NCBI GenBank assembly: GCA_002104905.1
Contig: MCFE01000677.1
Span: 1-47,045, forward strand
Reading direction: 5' to 3'
DNA: 47,045 bases
Source of the DNA: Basidiobolus meristosporus CBS 931.73
Lineage: Eukaryota; Fungi; Basidiobolomycota
The stretch's first letter is position 1, and every line of letters starts with the position of its first letter. A program made the position numbers and the translations under genes. This document shows, in pieces, positions 1 through 14,239 of this stretch. The notes beneath the pieces are model-generated. The model saw only the letters and a list, made by a program, of their open reading frames with translations. It did not search any database and was not told the origin of the DNA.

Positions 1-482
1 ACAAACGAGTGTATACACGATATATAAGAGGTGGCATCAAGATCGAAATATTCCACAGTACTAACTCCTAAAAACCCTGACAGGGCTAGACCGTTCTGCA
101 AGACGACTTGAAGGATTTCAATCGTATCAAACCAGATAATCTAGTCAACGTTCGTCAGAAGCAGTGAGATTGCTAACATAACAAGTTTAATGGCTAAGGG
201 ATGCTCAGCGTGGTTGCGAGAGAAATCCGAGTACACCCAAAGCTCCTTGATATTCCTGCCACAATTAGCGAAATATTTACCCGAAGAATGTGAGAACCAG
301 TTATTAAAGCAAGTAGCTAAACTCTATCATCCGACTTGATTGGCTTGGTACTAATGTCCATTCAGCCAAACCAAGTGCTAGCGGAGACGATATGCCCACT
401 CTCATGATGGCTTCAACATGCAGGGTGCCTTATAAAGACTAACTATTCAGCCATCACTTTCCTATCATTTTCCAAAAGCATT

Positions 483-1019
483 ATGAATTTCTTCACAAAC
501 ACTATACTTGCATACAAAAAGATACGTAATACTACTCAGAACTACGTCGAAGTGAAGCCCTCGACTGAAATCACTTGCCCGTTTGAAGATCAGGGTGATT
601 CACCGGACTCAGTGAGCCAGGAAAAAACCATACTTGACATACTAGGGGAGGAACGGGTGGAGAGGATTGTTGAGAGGTTCTATCATTATAACCTTACTGA
701 TAAGAATACCAAGGCTTTTTTCCAGGGAATCAATGTGGAGCGTTTACAGAGAATGCAAACCAGGTTTCTTGTCCATTTGTTAGGGGGGAAGGCCATCAAT
801 ACACGTAAGATGAGAGCCGCGCATAAGCGTTTACTGGACCTTAACGATCGACACTTTGATGCGGTTTTGAACAACCTGAGGAAGGCCGTGTGGGATATGG
901 GTATAAACCGGGAACTAACCAAGAAAATAATGGCTGCTGCAGAGACTACCCGAGACGATGTTCTTGGTAGGACACCGTTACCCAAACGGCAACCCTGCGA
1001 TGACCCTGATTTCGACTAG
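483..1019 (+). CDS. Group 1 truncated (2/2) haemoglobin, trHbN/GlbN-like, single exon
   Basis: 178-aa ORF with the group-1 2/2 globin pattern: TILDILG, IVERFY (B9-B10 FY), FF at CD1, RLQRMQTRFL (E helix), LGG, MRAAH (proximal His F8), HFDAV, RDDVLG. TATA-like TATAAA at about 431. Confidence 0.88.
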   Translation: MNFFTNTILAYKKIRNTTQNYVEVKPSTEITCPFEDQGDSPDSVSQEKTILDILGEERVERIVERFYHYNLTDKNTKAFFQGINVERLQRMQTRFLVHLLGGKAINTRKMRAAHKRLLDLNDRHFDAVLNNLRKAVWDMGINRELTKKIMAAAETTRDDVLGRTPLPKRQPCDDPDFD

Positions 1020-1939
1020 CCAGAGTTAAATGGCTCACTTTGGCACTGGTGCTGTCATGAATAGAGCTTCCATACGATCCACAAATCGCCCTTTAGCTAT
1101 TCCATCTAACTGCTTCGATACGTTGTATGTTCTCGATCGATCCTCATTATTAGTCTACGTAGGCATCCTAGTAACCACCGCATCCTGTATACCATTTTGA
1201 CACTCGACACGCTTTTATCTGATTGTTTGGCACCAAATAGTGGACAACCATTGATTGGAGTAAATAGTAATATGTTCTTGCTTAATACTTGAATCAAAGT
1301 ATTCTGACGTTGGGGGAATGCTGATTGACACTGCTATGGGCGAGGGATGATTCTGTGCCACGTACCTCCACCTTGCTAGAGGTGGGTATACTTCTCACAC
1401 TTTACTCTATTTGATCGTACAGTGTAGGGGTGAGTGATACACCTTATCGAAGAGTCTAACTAAATTTGGCAAACACACTTCCTACATCTCGAACGTGATT
1501 CTGAAGCCATGTAAATGATGGTTGCGTGATTGGAGAGCTAGTCCATCCCCAGCGGTTCGTTTTGCCAGCCAGCGAGGGAGCAGCAGAGAGCGCCCATCAG
1601 TTCAACTAGTCGTTTATTGAAGTTGAGTATTTCTAACGAATCCATTCTATGTGGACGGAGGGAAACAATCTTAACAACCAGCGATCAAGGCAACGTCCGA
1701 AGGGCATCAGCCACCATCGGCAAATGATCATTCTCAAGAAAATCTATCTACAAAATTGAAAGATTAAACTAACGTACACTCGGTGATAAGTCGGCCAAGG
1801 TCCATGATGAAAATTAATTGACCACTTCAAAAAATAAGGCGTGGGGAAAGGCAGGTTTGAGCGCCAAAACAAAATTACTCAAAATCTTGTGTTCTTTAGG
1901 CTAGGCGTGATGATTCCGGCACTTCGGTGCGCATCGAGA

Positions 1940-3028
1940 TCAAGCATCTCGTTGCCGTTTTGCAACAGGCGAACAGCATTCACCTTCTCCCGAGTTGTAT
2001 AGAAAATCGGAGGAGGAGTTGGTCGATGTGGTGCCTGGGTTCGTTGAGGAATGCAGCCATGCATCCTCCTCAAGCAACCACTTGAAATCAAACCCAGTTG
2101 TGTCTGGCATGGTGACTGGTGATAGAGGAGTATACTCCTCCCCAATGATCCCGGAAAACCCATTAACTGACAGGCTTTCTGTACCAAATCCCTTTCTCTG
2201 GGGCCTGGGCAGAGGGGAGTTGTTGATGGGGCCACCACCTTCGTAGCCCGGATAGTGCGGGGTGGATTTGCTCAGTGTGGGGATAGGAAAATAAGGATTC
2301 ATGAGATTGAGATGTGAAGTAGAGGGGATGAAGTACGGCTTCATGGCTGAGTTGCCCAGGTGATCTAACATCTCATCACAGTTCTGTCTCTTCAACGGGG
2401 ACCCCTCAGTGGCAGCAGTATCGATCTCTGAGGAGGGAGAATGCTTCCGTTTGCTCTTACTACGGTTGGGGCTGTATTTGTAGTCGGGGTACTTTTGCTG
2501 GTGGTCAAGCTTGATCTTTTCAGCCATCCACTGATACTTCCGCTTCTCTTCTACCGAGATATTCTTCCACATTTTCCCAATTATCCGAGATACTTCCATG
2601 TTGGTGATACCAGCGTTGGAGGCGAAGATCTCCGACTGCTTGTCACGGCGAAATAGGAAGAAGCAGTTGGCAGGCCGTGGGATTTTCGCCTTCTTTGGTT
2701 CAGAAGAGGCCTCTTCGGTTTCTTGTTGTTCGGAATGGACAGAAGTGGAATCGAAATTGCCATCTGGCCCAGGAGACACAAATTGTCGGATAGGTGGAGG
2801 GCTCATCATGCTTGGATAGAATGGGTCGTGGGGATGGCTCGGCTGTTGGTAATAAATCTCCTGTGCTTGATATGGGTTTTGGTACATAGCGTAAGGGACA
2901 TTCTCAGGCAATGAGGGATGGTAGGAGTGGGGCTGAGACTGGGACTGTGCTGTGTGGTTCCGAGACGAGGGATGAATCATATTTTGGGGGGAGTAGTCAT
3001 CGACTGTGTATAATTGTTGAGTCTTCAT
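1940..3028 (-). CDS. HMG-box transcription factor A (MATA/SOX-TCF class), single exon
   Basis: Complete HMG box at about 2468-2686: KIPRPANCFFLFRRDKQSEIFASNAGITNMEVSRIIGKMWKNISVEEKRKYQWMAEKIKLDHQQKYPDYKYSP. Q/P/Y/H-rich N-terminus, S/T/P-rich C-terminus. Confidence 0.92.
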   Translation of the reverse strand: MKTQQLYTVDDYSPQNMIHPSSRNHTAQSQSQPHSYHPSLPENVPYAMYQNPYQAQEIYYQQPSHPHDPFYPSMMSPPPIRQFVSPGPDGNFDSTSVHSEQQETEEASSEPKKAKIPRPANCFFLFRRDKQSEIFASNAGITNMEVSRIIGKMWKNISVEEKRKYQWMAEKIKLDHQQKYPDYKYSPNRSKSKRKHSPSSEIDTAATEGSPLKRQNCDEMLDHLGNSAMKPYFIPSTSHLNLMNPYFPIPTLSKSTPHYPGYEGGGPINNSPLPRPQRKGFGTESLSVNGFSGIIGEEYTPLSPVTMPDTTGFDFKWLLEEDAWLHSSTNPGTTSTNSSSDFLYNSGEGECCSPVAKRQRDA

Positions 3029-4648
3029 GGGCTGTCTATGCTATGATAGGAGAGGGGCTCGGATATGTATATCTATATATACGGATTTTGATGGAGCGCA
3101 ATTCAGGTGAGGATGTGTGCACTCGAGGTAGGCCTGGCTTAGCTTTTATAAAATCTCCCCTTGTGGTGTCCGATCGGAGAATTGATCCCAGCAATTCTTA
3201 CTGATGAATTCTCGTGGTTGTAGACAGATCTCTACACTAAGACGTGGCAGCATACCTTCGGAAAAGTTATTGTCGAGCGCTCTTTACTTCCTGCCTGGAA
3301 TTCAGTTTAATCCCCGATGCTGTAGGTCGCGTAGACTGGCCAGGCCTGCCTGCATCGGATTTGCGAGTATTCTTGGCTGGGATTTGGCGCGCTGGCTCGT
3401 CCAATGAACGGGTGCAGAAATCATGGTGGTTGCGAGCAATTTAGCGGAACAAGGGATTCTAGAGGCGATCGGACAGATCAGAACTCCGACTGTGCTTACC
3501 CAGTTCAAATTCACAACCATACATGATTGTTTGTTCACAATGGCAGGCCTGTGGTTAAATGGGTGATTAAGTTAACCGGCTGGCCACGCTCGTGGGCATT
3601 TAGTTTAATTCTTAACCCACCACTTCGAACACCCTTTGCTGAGGCTTCGCCACAGCAACACGGCTCAATTCTGGCCCTGGCAGTAGTGCACCCGCCCGCT
3701 AAACATCCAAAATATTCGGCTCGGATAAATCCTACACAAGGATATTTACCCACGTTGTTCTTCATCCCGACACTATTGATTACTCAAGCGTATGATGCCA
3801 CCACGTTTAGGGCGGCCGTCAGTCGACGAGGTTGACTCGGCATCTTTGAAACCTATTACGTATCTCGTCTCGAATTCAATGTGCGGGTGGTACCACTCAA
3901 TTGAGATCCGAAATCACCAGCGTCACCCTATCACCACATACTTTTGTAGCCGGACATACTGAGCAGGCCAAAATTGGGGTTCGGTTGGACACAGATATGC
4001 GAGATTCTAATGACAGGCATTGTGGGTCATTCAACTCCATCAAGTGCCAGCATGGAACTCATGCAGCCGCCAGAGGCTGGCTTGCGGTTGCTAAGGATCA
4101 TTTGTGGGCTCATCAGCAGCGTTATGTGAGGCTAGCCATCTCATCATCAGCAGCTCTTGATCACTACCTGAAATGACATGTAGACATGTGCAATGGATCT
4201 AGCTATGGAAATTCCCCCGGCGCGTGAGTAGGTATCCGCGGATTCCGCTCAATAGCAATCTCAATTTGAAACTGTCCCGCTTGACAGATGGAGTTAGTGG
4301 TAGCGTACCTCTCGATGTCGCCTAAAAACAAGTTTCACCCGGATTTAGAGTCAGGTTTACACAAGCGGTCCTTTCAAAAGAGCCTATCAAGTGATGATAT
4401 GAAAAATCATCGTTTGATGCAATATTGTATTTGGCATATAGCATAGAACGAATAAGAGCTTGTGACAGCTTTCTGGCCCAATCTCCTATTTCTGTAGAAT
4501 ACAGGTTATTGTATTGCCATATTATTCTAGCCTCCAGGCAATTCTGAGCGGCACGTAGGATATAAATATCTTCGCCGGTAGAATCCTCTCCCCTGCTTAC
4601 TACTTCGCAAGCTTTCCTGTCTCCTCTCTGTAACGTTTCTTTTTCAGA

Positions 4649-6620
<1,972 letters not shown>

Positions 6621-6981
6621 TTACCCCTCATTTTCCAACATTCGTCATGTCCGCAATTGCATCCATCTCTGACCATCATATCATATCCCCTTCGAGTCAA
6701 GTGATCCCACCTGTCCATCCACATTTGTCAGTCAACAATCCATAATAAACCCAACATACAATAGCAAAACCTCTCAGACTTACTATCATGCTAGATCACC
6801 GACCAATTGACAGGTGGTGACGCTTCGTTTCCTTTGGAACCTCGCTTTATTCCGAATGAAGCAAAGAAAACAAGTCACAAAACTCAATGTCATCAATGTT
6901 GGTTTATGTAAAAAAGAGCAAGGAAAGGAATGGAAAAAGGTAAAGGCCGCTGTAAAGTTTCAAGTAATCTTTGTGGGGGGG

Positions 6982-9900
6982 TCACTCCTCATCCTCATCC
7001 TGATAGTACTTCTTGAATTCGTTCGCTTTCCTTCTCGCGTTATTCAATTCTTTCTCGAGTTTAAGGATGGTCACTTGCTGCTCCATCTCCCGCAGCTTGT
7101 GGTCCTGTATCGACAGCTTCGATAAGTCCAAATCTTTCTCTTCTTTTCTACGCGCGGTGAATGCTTTGACAGCCTTGACAACATCGCGGGATGCATCGGT
7201 CACTGCACGTGATGCCAACTCCAGATTCTCCTGCGTCTTGGAATACATGTTGGCCTTCACACGAGCTGCAGCCACCAATTGGGCAGTTGCGGTGGCGACA
7301 TCGTTCGATGCATCAATCAACTGCTCAAGAGTATGAGTGCCTCGGATCACCCCATTGGCAACTTCAACAAGGGTGTTGGTTGCAGAAGAAACTCCTCTAG
7401 CAGCCGACACAAGCCCCTCAGTCCAACGGTTGTTCTTCTTGTAGTAAGCATTTTTGGACAAAGAGCCACGACCTTGGTCAACGATTTCTTGTTGGGAGGC
7501 GTGGGCGCAACGAACCAGGTTGACAATAGCCCGGGTCATAGCCGCAGCGGTGTCAAGGAGAGCATTGTGGATCTGATGATCTTCGCTAGACACCTCGGCT
7601 CGTTTGGGCTCATTGCGAAGATTCGAGAGTTTCTCGGTTGCATCTTCAACGGTGCGAGCAGCATTCAACATTTCCCGCTCAACTAAGGCAGCCAAGTCTT
7701 CCTGCCCTGCGGTGTGAGAATCCTTCGGTAGAAGCGCTTCAATCAGCTGAATTAGTCTGTTCAAGGTCACCTGAATATCATTGTTGCCTTTGGCGATCTC
7801 GTCTGGCCGATTGGTTTCGGGAATAGACAGGATGTTGGTAGACAACATATTGGTGAAAAATCCTTCTGCTGCTTCCGCAGAATACCTCCCAGATCGAATG
7901 ATTTCTTCCACCTGATCATCCTCGTCGGCAAGGCGAGTTACGCCCTTGACGTTGTCAAGAAGTTGAGATACCGCTTCGGCAAAGGCAGTGGCAGTATTGA
8001 TCACGGAGATCTGATCTTCAAAGTCCGTCAAGTACTGCAAGTAGCTAATAGCAAACTCGCTGGATGCAATGTATGCGCGTTCCACCATCGAGAGGACGTA
8101 CTGTGCAGTAGCAGATTGGTTTCCTTGCGTGGCGGGCGAAGTGAGCTCGAACGCGGCATCGTTCAACTTTTTGATACAACTACGGAACACCGAATCTTGA
8201 GTAAGGCGATTAGAGTCAAGCATACAGCCGTTCATATAAATCTCAATGCGACGTACCTAAGATTGTGTGAAGCTTGCTGGTTTGCTCTCCCCGAAGTGCA
8301 TCAACGCGTTTCTGAAGCTCGGACTCGGTAGCTGAGGATGTCTAGAGGCCATATGGAAAACAGCTCAACACCATTATTTGAACAAGTGTAGCAAATGGCA
8401 AAACTTACATCCTGTAACTCCGCCAATGCCATCAGGCTTTGGTCCATCCCCGCTTGTAAAATAGCAATCTCCTCCTCCTTAGCCTAATAAACTGCTTTAG
8501 CTAGCTAAAGATACAAAGGTTAATCTACCTAATGGCTTACCGCTGTTGCCTTATCTAGTTCATTTTTAACAATCTCCCAATCTCTAGCGATTCCTTCCTC
8601 AGCTTCACGTTTGTCCTATAGAGAAGGTACAATAAATCAGTGGTTCTCAAATTGCGGCATAAACTACATCACTAACACGAAGGACATCCTCCAGCTCCCT
8701 CTGCTCTTGCTCAAATCTTCTGCGCATGTCAGCCAATTCCCCACCAGCAGACTTTAGACAGGTTAGAATTCATCATTCGCTAAGCACTGTATTGCAGCTA
8801 TCTACCTCCATTAATTTCTCAATCTTAGCCTTAGAGTCATCCAACTCGCGCTTCATTCGAGTTAACTCCCCAGAATCAGCCTAGCATAGAATATTGAGTG
8901 ACGAGCTCAGTAAATCAATAGTTGCTGATAACATACCCCGCGTAGACGTTCGAGCTCATCCTTAGCCCGATCCCGCTCCCGAATCATATCCATTAGCTCG
9001 GTATTTTTTGCCTAGGCACAGATGTTTAGAACACTTGCCAGAACTTTGTGCATAAATCGACTCTAGCTTACTTTCAATTCAGACTGCATACGATCAAACT
9101 TATGAGTAGCTTCGGTGGCAGCATTAGCTTTAAGGTTGACTTGCTTGAGTTTCCCAAGAAGCTCAAGGTGCTCTTGACGGAGCTTGGCATAGATTTTAGC
9201 AAGAGCTTCGTACTTGGCTTTCCATTGAGCAATCTCATCTGTTTTCCACTTACGTGTTAGTAAAAATGCACAATGACGGTTTGATAAGTGAGAGCGAGTG
9301 CTACCTTGCAGCTGCTTTATCAAAGCATCAAGATCTCCGTCGTTTCGTTGATTCGCGAGGCCAAGTCTGGCCAATTCGTTTTCCAAGGCTTTGATTCGCT
9401 GGACACTCAAGATTAGAGATGTTACGAAGATACAGCTTACCAATACCTTTCTCTCACCTGGTCATATTGAGACATCAACATCATATCACGATCTTGCTGG
9501 TTACGATAATTCATGATTTCTTGCTCCAACTCATTGTATCGGTTTTGAGCTTGCTCTTGCATCTGTCTTTCTCTTAATAAACGCTGTTGCTCTTCGTATT
9601 CTTTTTGGAGTGCGAGTTGCTTCCTTTGTTCTTCTAAAGGATCTACTTTTGGCTCTTCGGGAGGTGGTGTAACATGACGAGGTGGCAAACGAGGGGCAGA
9701 GCTAGGACTTTGAGCAAGGAAATTTGGAGGATCCTGGGAAAATAAGCTCAATTGTTATTGAACCGCTTAAACTAGTATGAAGAAAAACCCACCTGGTCCA
9801 GTTTAGGGATAGCGATCAGACTTGTAAGATAACTGATATTTGAGCATTCGTAATAGAATTTCCTAAGAGCATAATGCTGGGCATTGAAACGTGCACGCAA

Positions 9901-10888
9901 AGGCTCCAACGGTTCGTGCGATTCGACACCTGGTACAATGTTGGGTTGCTTTAGTCGACAATACACACGCACCACCAATGCAAAAACAAATCCACTACTT
10001 ACGTCGATGCATCGCCATCAGCATTCTTGTTGCAAACTCGTAGATACCGTAGCTTTCTTCTACTAAAGGTACCAATGCAGAGATTCTGCACTCATTATCT
10101 GAAACGGGCCGGAAAGTCCGAAAGATTAACTTCTGGAATGTATCAATGCGATCTTGTAAATTCATTAAATCGGCAATCGTCTCGTAGCTACCGGGGAGTA
10201 TTCATATGAATGGTCAGGAACGCCCATCAAGGCCAAATATCAAGTACTGGCACCAGCACAGGCAAATAAACTTACCCTTCGTTGGGATCGTCGACACCTT
10301 TGACACTCACGTAATCTTCATAATCGAAATTTCCATTAAACTCGGGATGCAAACGGTGGTATTCGAGCTTTGCGATGATGAAATCAACATATGCTCGGAT
10401 AAGAACACCATAACCCTTAAAGCTATCTTGGGAGAACGACTGACTTAAAACCTCAAGAAAGCCAATCTCGTTCATTGCTTCACGTAAAGTCTGAACAAAA
10501 GTGTTTTTAGAAATCTATGGCAGCAGTTGATTTTTCAAAGGGAGCTAGCACTTACCACTGGGTGTCCACCACGAATGACTTTGTGGATGGTAATCAGAGC
10601 TTTAAAGCACTGCACTTCATCGGCCAGCAATGGCTGGACCTTTAACCCCATCCAAAAGGATTGCGAACTCTTGGCATCCCACGTATATACGATGCAACCT
10701 TCACGACGACATATAAGTAATTTTGCTCGGTGGTAGACACAAAACGTAAGGACCAGCTTAGGACACAGCTACTTACTTCTCACGTGCTTCTGTTTGGGTG
10801 CAGTCTCATCCGAGTTCACAGCCTTTTTAATGTTCATGGCGAGCTCTTGCTCGACCTTGTCTCTATCCGAATGACGGTGGGTAGCCAT
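6982..10888 (-). CDS. SLA2: Sla2/End4 (HIP1R family) endocytic actin adaptor, multi-exon
   Basis: N-terminal ANTH exons (MATHRHSDRDKVEQELAMNIKKAVNSDETAPKQKHVR; YHRLHPEFNGNFDYEDYVS), central coiled coil (WKAKYEALAKIYAKLRQEHL), C-terminal I/LWEQ domain (WTEGLVSAARGV...ATAQLVAAARVKA...QVTILKLEKEL). Confidence 0.95.
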
Positions 10889-11098
10889 CTTGTGCTTTGG
10901 CAATTAATGTAGACAAACTCGAAATATACAGTTGAATAATCACTTGCGTTGACGAAATTATCCTTCAAGATATCTCGAACAATCCAATAACATTCATATG
11001 GTTGATTTTGCGCATAAGTAAGATCACCTGATGATATCACTCGTACAGTCACAGTGATTTTCAAATATGCAAGCAACCTGAAAAAGGACTACGTTTAC
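10889..11098. promoter_or_regulatory. Short shared (bidirectional) promoter region between SLA2 and MDM35
   Basis: The two ATGs (10888 minus, 11099 plus) are head-to-head and 210 bp apart. Confidence 0.55.
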
Positions 11099-11329
11099 AT
11101 GTCTTCTCCGGAGCCCCCTTCAGAGTTCGACAAAGATTGCAGTCAACTGGAAAAGGCGTTCAACGCCTGCTTTGAAAAGTGGTATTCGAAAGAGTTCCTG
11201 AAGGGCAACACAGTACCCGATCCGAATTGCGAGAGGATTTTCAGAGAGTTTATTAGCTGTGCTAGTGTACGTGCCATATGCTCTTTGCTTGTAACTGATG
11301 TCAGGTACCCTAGCAAAAAGCCAGAGTAG
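11099..11329 (+). CDS. MDM35: Mdm35/TRIAP1 twin-Cys mitochondrial intermembrane-space protein (3' exon structure unresolved)
   Basis: CSQLEKAFNACFEKWYSKEFLKG...CERIFREFISC has twin CX9C motifs and the family CFxKWYSExFLKG pattern. Likely GTACGT donor after 11266; last exon not resolved. Confidence 0.75.
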   Translation: MSSPEPPSEFDKDCSQLEKAFNACFEKWYSKEFLKGNTVPDPNCERIFREFISCASVRAICSLLVTDVRYPSKKPE

Positions 11330-12030
11330 CTAATCCTGTTGTTGAAGCATTCACCACCCCCTAATCTCAGAGAAACAAGCCTACATAAAAAAGCAAATAC
11401 CAACTGTAGTGGAAAAAACCTATATCCAAGCATGCCTTCCGTAACGAATAATCGCTTACGAATGTATGCTCTATACTAGTCGAAATCTGAAACACATAGC
11501 GACCACGCTGCCTATGCCTACCCCCTAGCCACTATCTCCACCACATATGCCAGCAAGTCTAGGAATAAACTGGCAGATAATACACCCATTGAACCACGTT
11601 CAAATAACTTCGGGGTAATTTCTCGGCTGGAATGGTGATATTCTGGATGATTGAATACCAGAATATTCTCTGAAAAGAGGGAAAATCTCGGCGTATTAAG
11701 AGTCATCAGTTTGTGTTGATTGGTTTAAGGTTTTTTTTTGGATTTCTATATTCATCCAAATTACCATTAAGACATAGCGGATCCTGTAATCTTGATCTTT
11801 ACCACATTTAATTGGTGAGATAGGGATCTTTGTTGTATAACTCATACCGAGTATGGACCCTTAGAGCCAATATATAAAGCCAATCTGGGTCCTCACCAAC
11901 AGTAGAATTCTTCCCTAATTTTGTCTTTCATCATTAAACACCCGTTGTAAAGTATTCAATTGCGCACAGCACATCCAGCTGCTAATATCCTGCACTCCAA
12001 GATATTCTTGTGCATAAGACATCCCCTCTC

Positions 12031-12825
12031 ATGAGTGGCATTCCCCCCATCAAGTGTTTCTCTGGTGTTCCAGAATTTACGGTGAACTATTTACCGAACC
12101 AACCACCTGTTGTCTCTCGACCCAAGGAGGATTCCATATCTCTGGAGTTCGCTTTGGAGGAGTCCCCGGATTTTTTCAATGATTTCAACTCTAATGGCAC
12201 GCAAACACGTGAATCAACTGGCTCGATACCCGAAGAAGGCGAGTTCTTCTTCGTACCTAACGGATTTGTCCCGGTTTTGATGATGGACTCTATAGCCTCA
12301 GTGGTTGAGTATAACCTACCCCCCGAGGCAATCCCACTGAACCATCCAGTCTGGGTGCCTCATGACTATCCACTTCCTGCAAGCCTTTCAAAGAAGATAT
12401 GTCCAATCGCGCCCCCCCTCGCTGCTGTTCCTAAGATTCCACCCAAGGTCATAAGAAAAGAGAAGACCCCTCGTCCTACCAACGCATTTATCCTGTTCCG
12501 GCGGGAGAATCATGGAAGAATCTTCCAACAAAACCCACATCTCTCTAACAACGATGTGTCCAAAGCATTAGGCAAGGAGTGGAAAGAACTTCCGGAGAGT
12601 GAGAAGGAGGTATATCGTCGAAAGGCTCGCAGCCTGCAACAGGAACATCAGGAAAAGTACCCCGACTACAAATTTACCCCTCAGCAAAGCCGCCGCAAGC
12701 GTGTTCGCCCGATTAACGGTAGCGGATTGAGCCAGGAGCAGTCTGATGTTGTATCACCCCCGTCGAGTGGTAACCAGAATTCATTCCATATATTCTACAT
12801 CCCAAAAGTTGCGAATCTCAGCTAG
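12031..12825 (+). CDS. HMG-box transcription factor B (MATA/SexP-SexM-like class), single exon
   Basis: Complete HMG box at about 12469-12681: PRPTNAFILFRRENHGRIFQQNPHLSNNDVSKALGKEWKELPESEKEVYRRKARSLQQEHQEKYPDYKFTP, followed by basic RRKR. TATATAAA at 11871. First in-frame ATG at 12031. Confidence 0.92.
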   Translation: MSGIPPIKCFSGVPEFTVNYLPNQPPVVSRPKEDSISLEFALEESPDFFNDFNSNGTQTRESTGSIPEEGEFFFVPNGFVPVLMMDSIASVVEYNLPPEAIPLNHPVWVPHDYPLPASLSKKICPIAPPLAAVPKIPPKVIRKEKTPRPTNAFILFRRENHGRIFQQNPHLSNNDVSKALGKEWKELPESEKEVYRRKARSLQQEHQEKYPDYKFTPQQSRRKRVRPINGSGLSQEQSDVVSPPSSGNQNSFHIFYIPKVANLS

Positions 12826-14239
12826 GATTTGTTTTGCATATCCGGTTCATCATTTCATCGATTTCCAACTTTGGAAAGTATGTTGCAAGTAATAATTAGT
12901 CAGATGCTTGATGCTTTTGTATCTATTCCATCTCCAAATCTCTATTGTATAGAAGTTCATTCATGCCATCCGTATATCAGTGTCTGTAAATGAATATGTT
13001 GTTAGTGCTGTAAGTAAAGAATCCCTAATGTTTATTCGGTATTAAATGAATTCTGGAATGTAGCCAAATGAGGTATCATTGATCAAACCATGTTACACCA
13101 CACTGTGGGAAAATCAGGGATATCCCATGAAAATATTGGGTTTGTGCTGGCAAATGGACATGCGCGGGTGAGCTTAAAGATGGCAACGAACATTCCACCG
13201 TGGCCAATGGAGCCATAAACGCTCTATTGTCGACACAGTAGTTAGCCACCCTTTGAAAAGATTTGGCAATTGTGTGGCCAGATGCCCCCGGAAGCATAGC
13301 GCATCACTAATAGCTCGTACGATCGAAGTGGCTATAAAGATTTCCTGTTAGCGGTCCAGGAGAAATACCTTACTAATCCGGTAACATTGAGTACATATCA
13401 CCTGCTCCTGTCCATCGGTTCCACATTGCATGAGATTGCTTGGACGCTTGGCGCTTCATTGGTTCCAGTGGACACAACAGGATGGAATCAACAAAAACGA
13501 GGACAGGTGATGCCGGGGATGTCCAATCAACAGCGAGTTAGATGTGGAGTCTGCACCGCCCGCTAAATAGTGCCAGACAATGACCGTGAGGCTTTGATGG
13601 ATTACCATCCAGGTCCCAAATGACGGATACACACCGGTGAAACAGGAGTGCCAGGGCTCAGAGGGGTGGAATCTAGCTGCCATTCGCACATCGGTGGTGG
13701 CCAGCGCTTCGCTCCAGACGGAGCTTTATTGGATGTGCAATATGTTTCTCCGTTCCCAAAATAAAGTCTTTGTGAGGGAGCGTTACTAATTCAATCTAGA
13801 AATCGATACAGAGCACCGATTTCACTGCACAGGAAACGATCACTCATAATGAGTAACACAGAATAACTGCTGATAAGCTATTAACAAGTCACTCGCTGGC
13901 AATGAGTCTCGACTGACAACCACCGCCAGATCTGGATATTTGATCTTCGAAAAGAATCGAGATAAGAACTCACCCATCTCCCCTGGTTTGAGGCCCATGG
14001 TGGGTTGGTGAAAAAATCATGTGCGTATCGGTTTTTCTGTATTCAAATGGATAGTTGGTCGAGGGGAACAAAACCGGAATACAAGGGGATGGGTGAGGCA
14101 GGCAAGTGGGTGAAGGGGTACATCGAAAAGAAACGGGGAGCATTCGAGCGCACGAAGATGACGGCCTGTTGAGCAGTGCCCAGGTGAATCATATCAAGAA
14201 CCGTAGGTACATAACGCTGGGGTGCTCGGGCCTAAAGAC

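Noticed and set aside
12826-14239. Search for a small CAAX pheromone precursor or other gene between HMG B and ORF C
   Set aside because: The short ORFs there (13076-13297, 13456-13689) have no CAAX end, recognisable motif or convincing splice pattern. My scan was by eye, so a very small gene is not excluded.
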